The position numbers and the translations under genes were made by a program. A stretch of DNA of 56,198 nucleotides, taken from NCBI RefSeq assembly GCF_048593235.1, contig NC_133617.1:755067897-755124094 (forward strand), given 5' to 3'. The notes below the pieces were generated by a model. That model worked only from the letters and a program-made list of their open reading frames with translations, did no database searches and was not told where the DNA came from. The stretch comes from Sminthopsis crassicaudata (Eukaryota). Each line of letters starts with the position of its first letter. Position 1 is the first letter of the stretch. Below, piece after piece: positions 24,456-36,100 of this stretch.

Positions 24456-25739
24456 CATGAGAGGAACTGGATTCTGTTAATCTTGACATTCTCTTTCTAA
24501 ACAAAACCAAATTAAGGAGGAAAGTTGCAGCTAAAAGGGAGGATAGGTAGTTCATAGATTCTCCTTAGAGAGACAAATAAAGGAGTTGGGAGGGCTGGCT
24601 TTATTATGCACCAAAAGGCTGAGAAAGACCATTCATGGAGGACCCCTACTCAAACCCTAACTACTAGTAGTTAGCTCATTGTGATTCTACAAGGAGTGGA
24701 ATGAGTGTTAGCAATTATTTCAATATACTTATTCTCATGTAGTAATACATATTTAGTCTGTCATCTAATAAGATGTACAAGAATAAGCAATATCTTAATC
24801 CATATTTTGTATGTCACAAAGGAATATAGATTCTAATAGAGGGGCCCTACAGAGGCCTCAGACTCATTACTTGTTCACTAGCTATACTGAGTAACACAAG
24901 AATGCCAACATGGATATCTCCATCCTATTTTGTGCAAGTTTCATGGCCAGACCAAGCATGGGTGATGTGGCAAGCCCCTCAATATGTTCTTGGATCATCT
25001 CCCTCTGCCCAACTAAGGAGGAGCCCATGCAGCTTGTGACCACCTGGTCGGTGGAGATCTTCCTTGCTTCACCCAACCCAAGACTTTGATGATCATATTT
25101 TTGCTTATTTTGGATTATATTCCATTCTTCTCTCTCCTTTTTGCCTTTATTCCTGCTTACCTGATACCTTTGATTTCTTCCTTTCCTCAGATCTCATCTT
25201 TTCTTTCTTCTCACTCATAGCCTCTGTCTTTCTTTTCTTAGGAATAAGTACAAAGATGACCCAAATGCCTTAAATCATTCAGATTTTGTAACCCCGACTG
25301 GTTTTGTTCGTTTGTAACTTCATTTTGGCGCTCTAGAGAGACCCCCAAGTTTTTAAATTTCCACACAGCTTGGCTTTTTGAGAACTTTATGGGAAATTCA
25401 TAAAGGATTGTTTCTGTAGCACTGTCTATTCATTAGTCTTAATGAGGTCAACATTATGTCATTAGGAAGAGTCTAATTGGGAAAAATGTAGCAGATAAAT
25501 ATAGAGTGACAGGACATGCTAAGTGAAAACTAATTTGTGTAAATATTCTGTGGTGGTGCTTTTTTTTAAAACTTGATTTATCCTGGGACTTTTCCAATCA
25601 AGAATTTGTTTTTCATGTAGAGACTATGGATTTTCTAAAGAACACAATTTGAAAAAGACATTTGCTTGGAAAATGCTGGGCTTTGGTGATTTTAAATAAT
25701 ATCAAGAAAGAAGCAGCAGTGATTTTCAAAGCTGTCTAA

Positions 25740-26310
25740 GTATATGTTTGGAAGTCTTTCACATCACTGACGAGAGAGATGTTTATGCAAACATAACAGG
25801 AGCCTGCCCAATTGAGCTCGGAATTGAGCATATTGTTATTGCCGCTTTTTAAATATTCCATTATGTTTCCCACTGAATTATGTTGTTCACCGAGTTCCTG
25901 CCTTGCAAAGACTTCCATGAAATTACTGTCTAGACGGGACACCTTGGCTCTTCTCTCCGTCCGGCATATGACTAGTAGATAACAATGGAAAGTCCAGGGA
26001 GGGGCGGACCTTCCATAATCAATTACAGAGGGAGATATTACCAATTACTTTGGAACTTCCTGAAGTAGAGAGTTCCTTTCATGTCCAAATCACAACCCAT
26101 GTATATCTTTGTGCCCTCGGTAGTCTTGGCTGTCTCCTCTCACAGCAGACGAAGCCGTCTGCCCGGTGTGTGGGTGGTGATCGCCACCTTTGCCACTGGC
26201 TGCTCAGGGAGCCAATATACTGTTTTGCTCATGAGCTCGGCTGGTCTTTGTCTTATTACAATTTTTGGTACTCAAGTAGTTTTTCTGAGTTATTCTTCAT
26301 CTGTGACGGG
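25740..26310. promoter_or_regulatory. Candidate conserved non-coding element / enhancer
   Basis: Repeat-free, about 15 CpG in ~540 bp, paired FOX-like sites (atgtttatgcaaacat), TAAT cores; conservation not verified. Confidence 0.35.
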
Positions 26311-27384
26311 TCCCAGCTGCTCCCATCCATCACTAGCCTCTCTCCATTGCCACTAGATTGACACATGAGTTTAATTCTCGAAGAATGGAGCTGTTCTCTG
26401 GCTCTGAGGATCAGAGATACTCCCCCAAATAACGCTTTGTTTACAGTGCAGAAAGCCACTCTGCACAGACCCTCCCAAAATAAAGAAAGGGGGGACCTCC
26501 TGTTCCCAGAGCAACCGCTGGAAGGCATCCATTTCTCATCAGATGGTGGGCAGGGAGCCATGGAGGGGAGGCCAGAGGCCAGCAGCCTCACCTGGACTTG
26601 TGTGTTTCAGATTCAGATCCCGGGCTCTAAAATTTTCTCACAGTTCTATGCCATCTGAATTTTCACTGGAGCTTCTCCAAAGGCTACTGGTGTGAACTCA
26701 TTCTCCTCTGTACTGGCATGCGGGCAGCTGGATGTTATGACAGATTACAGCTGGGTGATTGAGGGCATGCAGCGGGTCCTGAGCTGTCGGGTCCAGATGG
26801 CACTGAGGGAGCATCAGAGCCCAGAATAGAAATGCCAGCCTCGAGGCTTCCCTTCTTCTGCTCCTCCCACTGGATCCCACAATCTCCACATGATTGAAAT
26901 GGGCTCTGCAGTTAATTGGGTTATAACCTTCTGTTTCTAAAGCCTAATTGAATTTTGGCTTTGAACAGGTTCTCTGGGTTTGTGAAATCCCTATGAACCT
27001 TCATCAACATTTCCAGGAGAACAAGAAGATGGCATCTTAAAGATCCAAAGCTAAAAATCAGGTATTTTAGGGCAGAGGTGTGGGAAGGAGAGGAAAAGAG
27101 AGAGAGACAGACAGATAGAGACAGAGACAGAGAGAGACAGAGAAAGGTAGCTCTACTACATTTGCCTTTATCAACAAAGGGAAAGAAAGCATGGACCTGA
27201 ACTTCCAGGCAGGAGGTAAGCTGTGCACGTTGAGAGCACAAGGAATTCACTAAGTCAGTCTTGCCTACTTGCACACTTACTCCTCCTTCTCTTGCAGGAT
27301 TAACTATTTGCTAGGAGCTACTTTTGGAGGCACAGTGGTATTCCACCCTTCATCCCTCATCCCTAACAATGTCCACACCATCTT

Positions 27385-27536
27385 CTTTACTTTTATTTTT
27401 GCCAGGCAATTAGGGTTAAGTGATTTGCCTAGAGTCATAGAGCTTGGATGTGTCAAGGGTCTGAGGCTGGATTTGAATTCAGGTCTTCCTGAATCCAGGG
27501 CCAGTGCTCTAACCACTGCACTACCTAGCTACCCCC
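27385..27536 (-). mobile_element. Older tRNA-derived CORE-SINE (WSINE1/SINE1-like)
   Basis: ggcaattagggttaagtgatttgcc...ccactgcactacctagctacccc; flanking atcttcttt on both sides. Confidence 0.88.
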
Positions 27537-28366
27537 ACAATGATCTTCTTTAGAATGTTGTTACATCATTCTGTTCAATTATATCCAGGGGAAAATGCAT
27601 GAAGGGAGGGAACCTTTAAATTTCATCGAGCCATGTGCCAATAAGGTTGGAAGGAAGAGCAGGGAACATGAAAATGAAAAGGGATCCCAGCAGTCACATG
27701 TTGACTCCAAAAGACAATTTCAGTCTCAACTGATGGATGAGCGATGGACCGGACTTGACAAAAAGAACAAGAAAGGAAGCACATACTTGCCCACCACATC
27801 ACTGGTGTTCAGAGTTCAGATTTTGTCTTGCCCCTCCCAACCCCCCCCATAGTTCTGAGGTCTGAAGAGGTCAATGACATTTTCAAGATGATGTAAATAG
27901 CACTAAAAATTCAATTTTACTGCCACTTCATCAGACAGGGCACCAAGTGAACAGAGAGCAGCCTCTTCAATGTCCCCCCCACAAAGGTTCCTCTCCCCAC
28001 GAAGGCCAGATGGAAGAAGAGAGATGACCCTGTGTGGCTTGAGTCTTCTGTCTATTGACATCTTTGGCCACTGTCACTTATCTTGTCCCTCCCCTAGGGC
28101 ACAATTGTATATACATCTGATGTATCCTCGGTGGGTATTTGCACACTGATGTACCTCAGAGATGGAGGTTAAAATCCTCTCCAAGGTGCTGAAGAATTCC
28201 CTATAAGGCCCTTTATGAATAATACCTTTACAAATGCAGACCGGTCTTTGCTTGAAGTTCGAAAGGGACAAGAACCTGTTACTCCCCGAAGTTAAGCTGT
28301 CCACTCGACTTTGGGGTAGCTCTCATTGTTTGGAAGGCTTTCCCCCCACATCAAATGCAAATGGGT

Positions 28367-28367
<1 letters not shown>

Positions 28368-28421
<54 letters not shown>
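28368..28421. repeat. (GT)n microsatellite
   Basis: Directly visible. Confidence 0.98.
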
Positions 28422-28423
<2 letters not shown>

Positions 28424-28474
28424 ATACTTAGCAGGATCTAGACAGAACTATGGGAAGTGAATGTGGTCAAAGCA

Positions 28475-28715
28475 TGGTATTTTCACCTTTGTTTACTATT
28501 TCTTTCTCATGATTATTTATCTTTTGATCTGATTTTTCTGGTATAACATGATAAATAGGGAAATGAATTTAAAAGGATTGTACATGTCTAACATGTATTA
28601 GATTGTGTTCTTGGAGAGCGGGGAGATGATGGAGGAAGGGGGAAAACATCTTACAAAAGCGAAAAACTATGTTTACATGTAATTGGAAAAATAAAATACT
28701 ATTAAGGAAAAAATA
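28475..28715 (+). mobile_element. L1 3'UTR fragment
   Basis: Homologous to 3705-3980. Confidence 0.8.
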
Positions 28716-29559
28716 TTTGGTGGAGAACAGAGGTGGGTGGACCTCCCAGGGACACTGAAAGCACCGGACTTCCTACGCCTCAGTTTTGGAGCATGTTTTT
28801 TTCTGTTTTGTTTTTGCTGTGGTCCATTTCATGATATACTCTAGAATTATTCCTGGCCTCCAAGTCATGCTTACTCGGGTGTTGTTAGCAGCTTCCCATT
28901 TATCTGGCTTGTTTTTGGAAATCGGGACAATATTTTTCCCACTCTCCTTCTGTGGTATCTCTCCTGTCCTGCAATCTGCTCCATAACAGACAGACTTCAG
29001 CGTCTGGAATTCTGGGAGCTTGGCTCTAGGATAGAAAATGTACTCTGCATTGAGAGAGGAGACTCTTGAGGTTGCTGTTTGGAGGGTCGGCAGCCAGGTC
29101 TCAGAGACATCCTGGAGTCTTTTTCTTGTGGGTAAAGATCTTTACAGTATTCAGGTCACATTAAGTGACCTTTCTTTCTAGCCTTTCTCATTAATGGGGA
29201 TGATAATATGACATCGACAGCACCCTGTGGAATAGAGCAAAGTGCCTACATCTGAAGAGAGAGAGCTTTGAACGACAGGAGGAGGGGATATTTCTCAGGA
29301 GGCTTTAAGAATCCCTACTCCAACTCTTATTCCAAAGTAAAAAATGTCTGATTGGGAGGTCCTTGGCTACATCAGAGGCTGGTGAGGAGAAATGGGGAGG
29401 GCTGTTGTGGGCATTTTGCTGGGGTAGATCCTTACCAATAATAAGACATTTTGCCTCCCTTGGACTCTCAGAGTTGCCTCCCACTTGTATCCTCAGCTGC
29501 TCTTCCATAACTATTCTTCTCCATGAAAGGCAACACATGAAAGGACACAGGGTAGATAG

Positions 29560-29792
29560 AACTCCATGCTTCGAGTCAAGAAAACTCATCTTCTTGAGTT
29601 CAAATATGGCTTCTTATACTTACTAGCTTTGTGACCCTGGGCAAGTCACTTAACTTTGCTTGCTTCAATTTCCTCATCTGTAAAATGAGTTGAATTAAAA
29701 AATGGCAAACCAGTCCAGGATCTTTGCCAAGAAAATCCCAAATAGGGTTATGAAAAATTAGGTGCAACTGAAAAAAATGAACAACAACAAAA
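29560..29792 (+). mobile_element. MAR1 CORE-SINE
   Basis: CORE tttcctcatctgtaaaatgag plus BovB-like tail atggcaaaccagtccaggatctttgccaagaaaa...caacaacaa. Confidence 0.88.
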
Positions 29793-30366
29793 TGACATAG
29801 GAGGAGGAGCTCAGCATGATGTGGACTCATTCCCATTATGCAAATCTTGACACATTTGAATCTGCAGAAATCATGTCTGAGGGAAGCAAAGAATCTAGCA
29901 TCATGCTGAGGACTTCTGGCTTCTGTTCCTGGTCTCAACAAGGTGATCATGGGAGGGGAAGCTAAGCTGTGCCCAAGGATAGTGACACAAGAAGCTGAGA
30001 CTGAATTCCCCCTGTTGAGGAAAGGGAGCTTCAAGGAATCTAGCAGAGAAGCTTCTTCATGCCATTGGGGATCTTCCTAAGCAGAGAACCCGCCAAAAAC
30101 AGAGAACAGGAGGTTAGGTAACCAAAAGCTGTGCTCTCACTTTCAGTGCACTTCCTCCTAGACTTGTAGATAGTGGTGGGAGAATTATCACAGATACCTG
30201 GAAAGGATTGCTTTGTTTTAACTGTTCTTACCAGGTCACTTTGGTAAATTTTTGTTGTTTAATCACTTCATTTGTGTCTCTGTGACTCCATTTGGGGTCC
30301 AAATTTTAGGCCCAGTGCTCTTTCTACTGCACCACCTTGCTGTCCCATCATAGAAAACACCTCTTT

Positions 30367-31004
30367 TGGGAGTAGAGCCAAGATGGTGGGGAGTAGAGTA
30401 AAGATGGTGGAGAGTAGCCAGGTCTTTGAGCTCTTCCTGGCTTCCCTCAGATCAATACCAAATCAAACCTCTGAGCGAGTTTTGGAGTGACAAAACTCAC
30501 AAATATTTGGAGTGGAACAAATTTCTAACAAGATATTTTGGAAGAACTTGAGGAAATGTGTGTCTTCTCAGGGACTTTCAGGATGGAGAGGTCTCCATGC
30601 TCAGAGGGAATCTAGTGGGAGGCTCTTAGTCAAAATACAGCAGCATTTGCTATTCTGTCTTGGTTCAGAAGCCAGTGGATCAGCAGACTAGCTGTGAGAC
30701 CTCCAACACAAAATAATATTTTCACTTTTTTGTTGTTGTTTGCTTGCATTTTGTTTTCTCTCATTTTTTTTCCTTTTTGATCTGATTTTTCTTGTGCAGC
30801 ATAATTATGGGAATATGTATAGAAGAACTGTAGATGTTTAACATTTATTGGATTCTTAGTTCTTTAGGGGAGAGGATAGAGAAAGGGAGGGAGAAAAATT
30901 TGGAACAAAAGGTTTTGAAAGGGTGAATATTGAAAACTATCTTTGCATACATTTTGATAATTAAAAGCTATTATTTAAAATTTAAAGAAAGATTGAGAAA
31001 AAAG
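30367..31004 (+). mobile_element. Internally deleted L1: 5'UTR fused to 3'UTR, no ORFs
   Basis: gagccaagatgg start typical of L1 5' ends; 3'UTR from ~30715; TSD agaaaa(c/t)acctcttt at 30352-30366 and 31005-31019. Confidence 0.8.
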
Positions 31005-31234
31005 AGAAAATACCTCTTTCTAAAAGCTTATGAAGTTTGGCTAATTGATACCAACTGACAATTGAGAGAGTAGCACATCAGTGGGGGCTCTTGAATGATA
31101 GTATTAGAAATTATATTATCATATTCTGAGGGGAACAGTCAGCATTGTTGGGGGAGCTAGGCTTGGTGCCAGATAATAAGTTCATTCATATAAAATCTGC
31201 AGACTTATCCTACTGTTCCCATAGAGAGTCAAGG

Positions 31235-31490
31235 CAATTTAAGTCAAATTGATAAAAGCATTTATTATGTACCTACTATGATTCAGGTACTTTGTTAAGT
31301 TCTAGGAATATAGAGAAAAGCAGAAATCAGTTTCTGCTCTCAAGCATCTCTTAGTCTAAGAGGGGGAGAGGAAAAGATGAGAACAAGCAAACACTGGAGT
31401 TTTATGAGATTTACACAACCCAGAAGGAGATATTCTCAGAAGGAAGGCCCTGTGTGGAAAAGACAGGAAAGGTCTTGTGCAGAATATGGG
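31235..31490 (-). mobile_element. L2 3' tail
   Basis: aagcatttattatgtacctactatgattcaggtactttgttaagttctagg. Confidence 0.7.
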
Positions 31491-31789
31491 AAATAAATAA
31501 ATACATCAATAAGCAAACAAATACGTGTAGGTAGGTATATGTACATACATATTTATACACATATGTAAACTATATAAATATATAAATATATAAACATATA
31601 TTATAGGCTTATCAGCTAAATAACCAGTTCCTTGCATAACCTTCAATCTTTGCCTGCTGTGTTAATTATGATCTTCTGACCCAAATCTCTAATCCTGCTT
31701 TTCATTCTTCTACAGGCCTCAACTTCTTAGCTTTCCACACTTGCAAGAAACCTTTGTTCCATTCCAGTCTGACTTTGTGCTTAAACTTA

Positions 31790-31920
31790 TAAGGACCTTA
31801 AAGGTCAATACTTCCATTTTACAGATGAAGAAATGGAGGCCCAGGAAAATTAAAAGACGTGTCCAGGGTCATACTGCTTGCTAGGTAGGGTTTGAAATGA
31901 CATTTGGACCTGAATTTTCC
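31790..31920 (-). mobile_element. MIR3-like SINE
   Basis: ccattttacagatgaagaaatggaggcccagg. Confidence 0.7.
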
Positions 31921-33788
31921 CCTCTCCCCAGAAAAAAGCCTGCTCTTCCACCATATTGGTCCTTCTGAATCCCAGATCCCTGCCATCCTGTGTTCTTGGA
32001 TAAGATACCGGGTCTGTGGGGAATGAGAGGGAAGGACCCATAACCAAGGAGCCAGTGAAGAGTTTAGACTTCCGTGGCCAGTTGGTGAAGTTAGCTCCTG
32101 GATTGCACAGAAAAAGTGATCCCTCTTGTGCCACGTCCATTAAAGCTTGTAATAAATGCATGGACTATCCTTGTCCCTGGGCTATTTTCTCCTAGCCAGT
32201 TTTTTTTTTTCCTCCTGCTGAATGAGCTCTAGTTAAATAAAGCAATCCACATTTTTTACTTATCACCTCTCTGTTCTAAAAGTGAATGCTGATTTGAGAT
32301 AGCAAGTTCCCACCTCAGTCTGAAGCCCTGAAGGATGCATCAGTCTCTGAGCTAGCTCTCCTGCCAAGGAATCCGACTTCCTGGGGCAGTGTGGGTATTT
32401 TGCGCTTTATTTGGATTATCATTAATGTTTTTTCATAAACATGTTTTCCTTTAAATTTGTGATCTTGCAAAGCTGCTGGAATCCTCAAAGGGGGGAGCTT
32501 TAATTTAGATTAGTCTTAGTGCCGAAATTCTTCCCAGAAGAACGTGCCTTCAACTTAACATGAAAGTCAGTGGAAAAAACCAATCCATTGAATGGGCTGG
32601 CTTTGTGAGCTCCTTTTCAGAAAGACACTTCTATTAAACTAAATGTCTTGTGATCTGCACATTGAGCTCATCAGGCCTCCAAGATGCTCCAGCTGGCCTT
32701 AGTAGGAGGACTACCTCTGTCCACAACATCACGAGGCCGATCCCTACTCTTAGAGGCCAGAGCTTTCTCTCTTTATCTGGAAATGTGCAATGCTCTCAAA
32801 GGTGAGAGTTATGTCCCTGCGCCAGATGGATAAATGCAAGAACTTCCCCACCATGATGAAATTACTATAGAATATGATTGAAAAATGAATATTTTGCATT
32901 CAAAGTCTTATTTAAAATGCCCCAGTTCCTCACTTTTAGAGACTGCTCAAGCCAGCTTGTTTCTTCTTTCTAAGAAAATCAAAGCTAAGTGAATATTGAG
33001 AAAGAAGGGAGAGCAGAAGCGAATCCCGTGAGTTAGTAAATTGGTGTTTGAGAGTAACACTTTTTCCTAAAATTCTCAGAGCAGCATGCATAATAATGTA
33101 GAAGGTAGAGCAGGATCCCTGCCCCCTCTTTCCTAAAAGGGGAAGTTAATAATGGGAATGGGGGGGTGGAGTGGGGGAAGGTTGGCTTGAAGCTTCCTAC
33201 TGAGATTCCAGGAACAAGTCTCCATCAGAAAATGGAGGATTTAATGAAGTGAGAGCCGAACATCATAAAGCAAAGGTATTACCCATTACTGTCAATAACG
33301 GGAGCAGAAGAAGGCATCCTATTGACTTTTAATGAGTTCTAAGTGGTTTATTGGCCTGCCCTAGTTTGGGAACTTTTCAACATCTAGAAACACAAGCTGA
33401 GAGAAAACATGGGTTTTATTTATGAGAATACAAAAGACAATAAAATTAGCCTATGTGGTAATAGATAATATTTGAGAAAGTTACTCAATTTGGATCTTGC
33501 TGTTTCTATTTTTTTATATATATCTTGTTCTCTGAAGTTAATTGAAAAGGGAAGTCTTCATCACAGAGCACCCTGATTAGTGTGGTGGTTTTCCAAATAA
33601 ATTTCCTGAGTTTCAGGTGTCGAGCTTTGTTTGGAGGCACTTGAGGAACGAATATAAATGGAGGACAGGCTAATACATACTGTCTGTCGTCCTACTGGGA
33701 GGACATACCCTCTGTCTTCCCAGAAGTTTGGGTATGATTTTAAGATCATTGTCTGCTAAGACATTCTTGTTGAAGAGCTGGCCCTCTC

Positions 33789-33791
<3 letters not shown>

Positions 33792-33830
<39 letters not shown>
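33792..33830. repeat. (GT)n microsatellite
   Basis: Directly visible. Confidence 0.98.
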
Positions 33831-33835
<5 letters not shown>

Positions 33836-33844
33836 TTTTAAACT

Positions 33845-34140
33845 AGGTTAAAAAGGAGATACTTTACCTCAATTGCTCCTTAGCTTTAATCACTGAATGG
33901 GTGCAGCCTCAGTCAAACTGAGACCTGTAGAAGAGCTTAGCTTAAAAGTCTCCCATTGCATCGAGGGCCTTCTCCAGTCATCCCATCTGTAACTGGCCAT
34001 TGGACCCAGATGGCTCAGGAGGGGACAATGAGGCAGGGAACCTTGCCCAGCCCTCCCTCCCTTCAATCCAATTCACTTGCATGTCACAGCATCAGCTCCT
34101 AATGTCATGGCCTCAAGAATGAAGGCCAAACAACAACAGC
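33845..34140 (+). mobile_element. RTE-tailed SINE (WALLSI type)
   Basis: ccaattcacttgcatgtc...gtcatggcctcaagaatgaaggccaaacaacaac RTE tail. Confidence 0.78.
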
Positions 34141-34859
34141 AATAGAGTATAAGCTATTTGAGGTTGCCCAGATAGCCTCAAGTTCCTGGTACCATCTGCC
34201 TTTCTGTTTCCATTTCTGAGAAGGGATCGTTGACCACCGTTCCTGGAGATGAGTGTTCAGTTACTGTCTAAGCAGATAGGCTAGTGGTGGGGGCAAACCT
34301 GTGCTTATGTGTCACCTGAGAACAAAGATGAGGGTGAATTTTCTCCCTTTTTCCAGCTCATGTTACGAGTTATCTCAATTCAAAAATTCCCAAATTTGAG
34401 AGTTTGGGTGCCAGCTTTCTATAGCAAGAAGGGGGAAGAAGAGGATGATCAACATGGTGCCAGAAACTTAAAGAGCAGAGCCACATTAGAGTGGGACCAG
34501 CAGACTTGGGTCTTGCCAACCTTCCTCACTCTTGCTCTGAGTTACTCAAACTGTGCAGGTCCATGGAGAAGGGAAGGTCTTCATAACAAAATGGGTTTAT
34601 CTTTTAGGGGAAGAATGCCCGAGTGCATTCGTATTTTGGTATTTCTTCCTTGGCTTGTGTGAGTCCTCGATATCTTATGTATCTTTTGTGAGGGGTGAAA
34701 TAAAGACTTCCCCATAGGGCGTAGTACCCTGTTCTTGGGCTCACCCTCACAACTCCCCTAGACACTGGCAACCTGGGTCCCCAGAGAATGATTTACTATT
34801 TTTCACTTTAGGCTTCATGGTGATGGGAGTGGATTTGTGGGATGTTCTGTTTCTGCAAG

Positions 34860-35060
34860 TTGCAATTGTTCTCTTGGAGCAGGTTTCTTGGGGAGCTTCT
34901 GGAGGCAGCCTCCTTTCAGTTCAATAATCCCAAAATGCAGCCAGGAGTTAGTCCAGATCCTCTAATGTGTCCTTCAAAGTCCTGAATCTTTTCCTGGGAC
35001 CCCGTTGGCTTTAGTAGAGGCCTATCTCTCTTCTTGGCTCTTGAGAGCTCTTGTCAGAAT
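34860..35060 (-). mobile_element. Probable ERV LTR fragment
   Basis: tgttctcttggagcaggtttcttggggagcttctggaggcagcc resembles a recalled marsupial LTR family; not verified. Confidence 0.5.
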
Positions 35061-35064
35061 GTCA

Positions 35065-35090
35065 CCCTAACCCTAACCCTAACCCTAACC
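35065..35090. repeat. Short interstitial telomeric sequence (CCCTAA)4CC
   Basis: Four perfect vertebrate telomere units, directly visible. Confidence 0.92.
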
Positions 35091-35094
35091 AGCA

Positions 35095-35345
35095 CAAACT
35101 TCTTTTGATAGGCAGAATATATGATTCCAGGATCTGTGGTCTTTTATTGTGACTGCTGATAAGGCCTGTATGATTCTAATTGTAGCTCCAGCATATCTGA
35201 ATACTTTTTTCCTTGTTTCTTGCAAATTTTTCTCTTTGATCTGAGGGTTTCAAAATTTGACAATAATATTCCTATGTGTTTTCCACAAAGGATCTCTTTG
35301 AGGTGGTGATTAGTGGATTTTTGTGTATTTCTACTTTCCCTTTAC
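35095..35345 (-). mobile_element. L1 ORF1 C-terminal fragment
   Basis: Reverse complement translates as KILQETRKKVFRYAGATIRII, homologous to ORF1 at 17630-17720. Confidence 0.82.
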
Positions 35346-35884
35346 GTTCTATCACAATCCAATTTTCTTGGATTATTTCTCACACCAAGTCTACTAGAGG
35401 CACCACAGTACCCTTTTATAGGACTAGGATCCTGGGCCTGGTGACCATCTCAAGGAGGTGAAGGGCTGCCATGGAGAAAGGAGGGTAGATCTGCCCCATG
35501 GCTCAGAACCATAGGAGTGGGCAGGTGATATGATTAAAGTCTATGCCTTCTGCTGCCTCCTTTACTTTTATCCCACCTCATATCTTCCAGGTCCCGGAAA
35601 AAAGGCAGCACGGGATTCTATTTAGCTTGCTAACCCTAAATGAACCTTGCTCCATCTCTCAAAACAGCAGTGCTAGCCCAGGCTCAAGGCTGTGAGGGTC
35701 CTCACCTTCTCAATGTTTTTGTTCACAGGTTCTCACCTACTGGGATGTTTTCTCTAGCACTAATTAAGACATTTTTTGAATGAGCACCATGAGAAAATTA
35801 GTAAAACTTTCCTTTTCTAAATCTGGGGCACAGTCTCCCCCAAACACAGGCAACACAGTGGGAAGATTGAGAATGCCCCCAGAC

Positions 35885-36100
35885 CATGTGGCGGGCACAT
35901 GTGTAAGGAGCATTCCTGGACATGGCACATATGTCGAGGGGCACGTGTGTAAGGAACATGTGTGGACAAGGCACGTATGTGGCCCCAGTGAAAGGATCCT
36001 GCAGGAAGCCGAGATGCATGTAGAGGGACACAGGTGTGAGGACCTTGTGTACCTAGGTCACCTGTGGAGGTATCGGTCACCTGTGGAGGTATCCGTCACC
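35885..36100. repeat. Degenerate minisatellite: two ~46-bp units plus an exact 19-bp tandem pair, E-box rich
   Basis: ggtcacctgtggaggtatc at 36056-36074 and 36075-36093; gggcac(a/g)tgtgtaagga at ~35893 and ~35939. Confidence 0.85.

Noticed and set aside
25736-26044. 102-aa minus-strand ORF (VIDYGRSAPPW...)
   Set aside because: No recognisable homology or convincing splice sites; region looks more like a non-coding element.
34687-34751. 65-bp TG...CA unit with 11-12 bp inverted ends
   Set aside because: Could be collapsed LTR ends, but there is no TSD and too little sequence to support a call.
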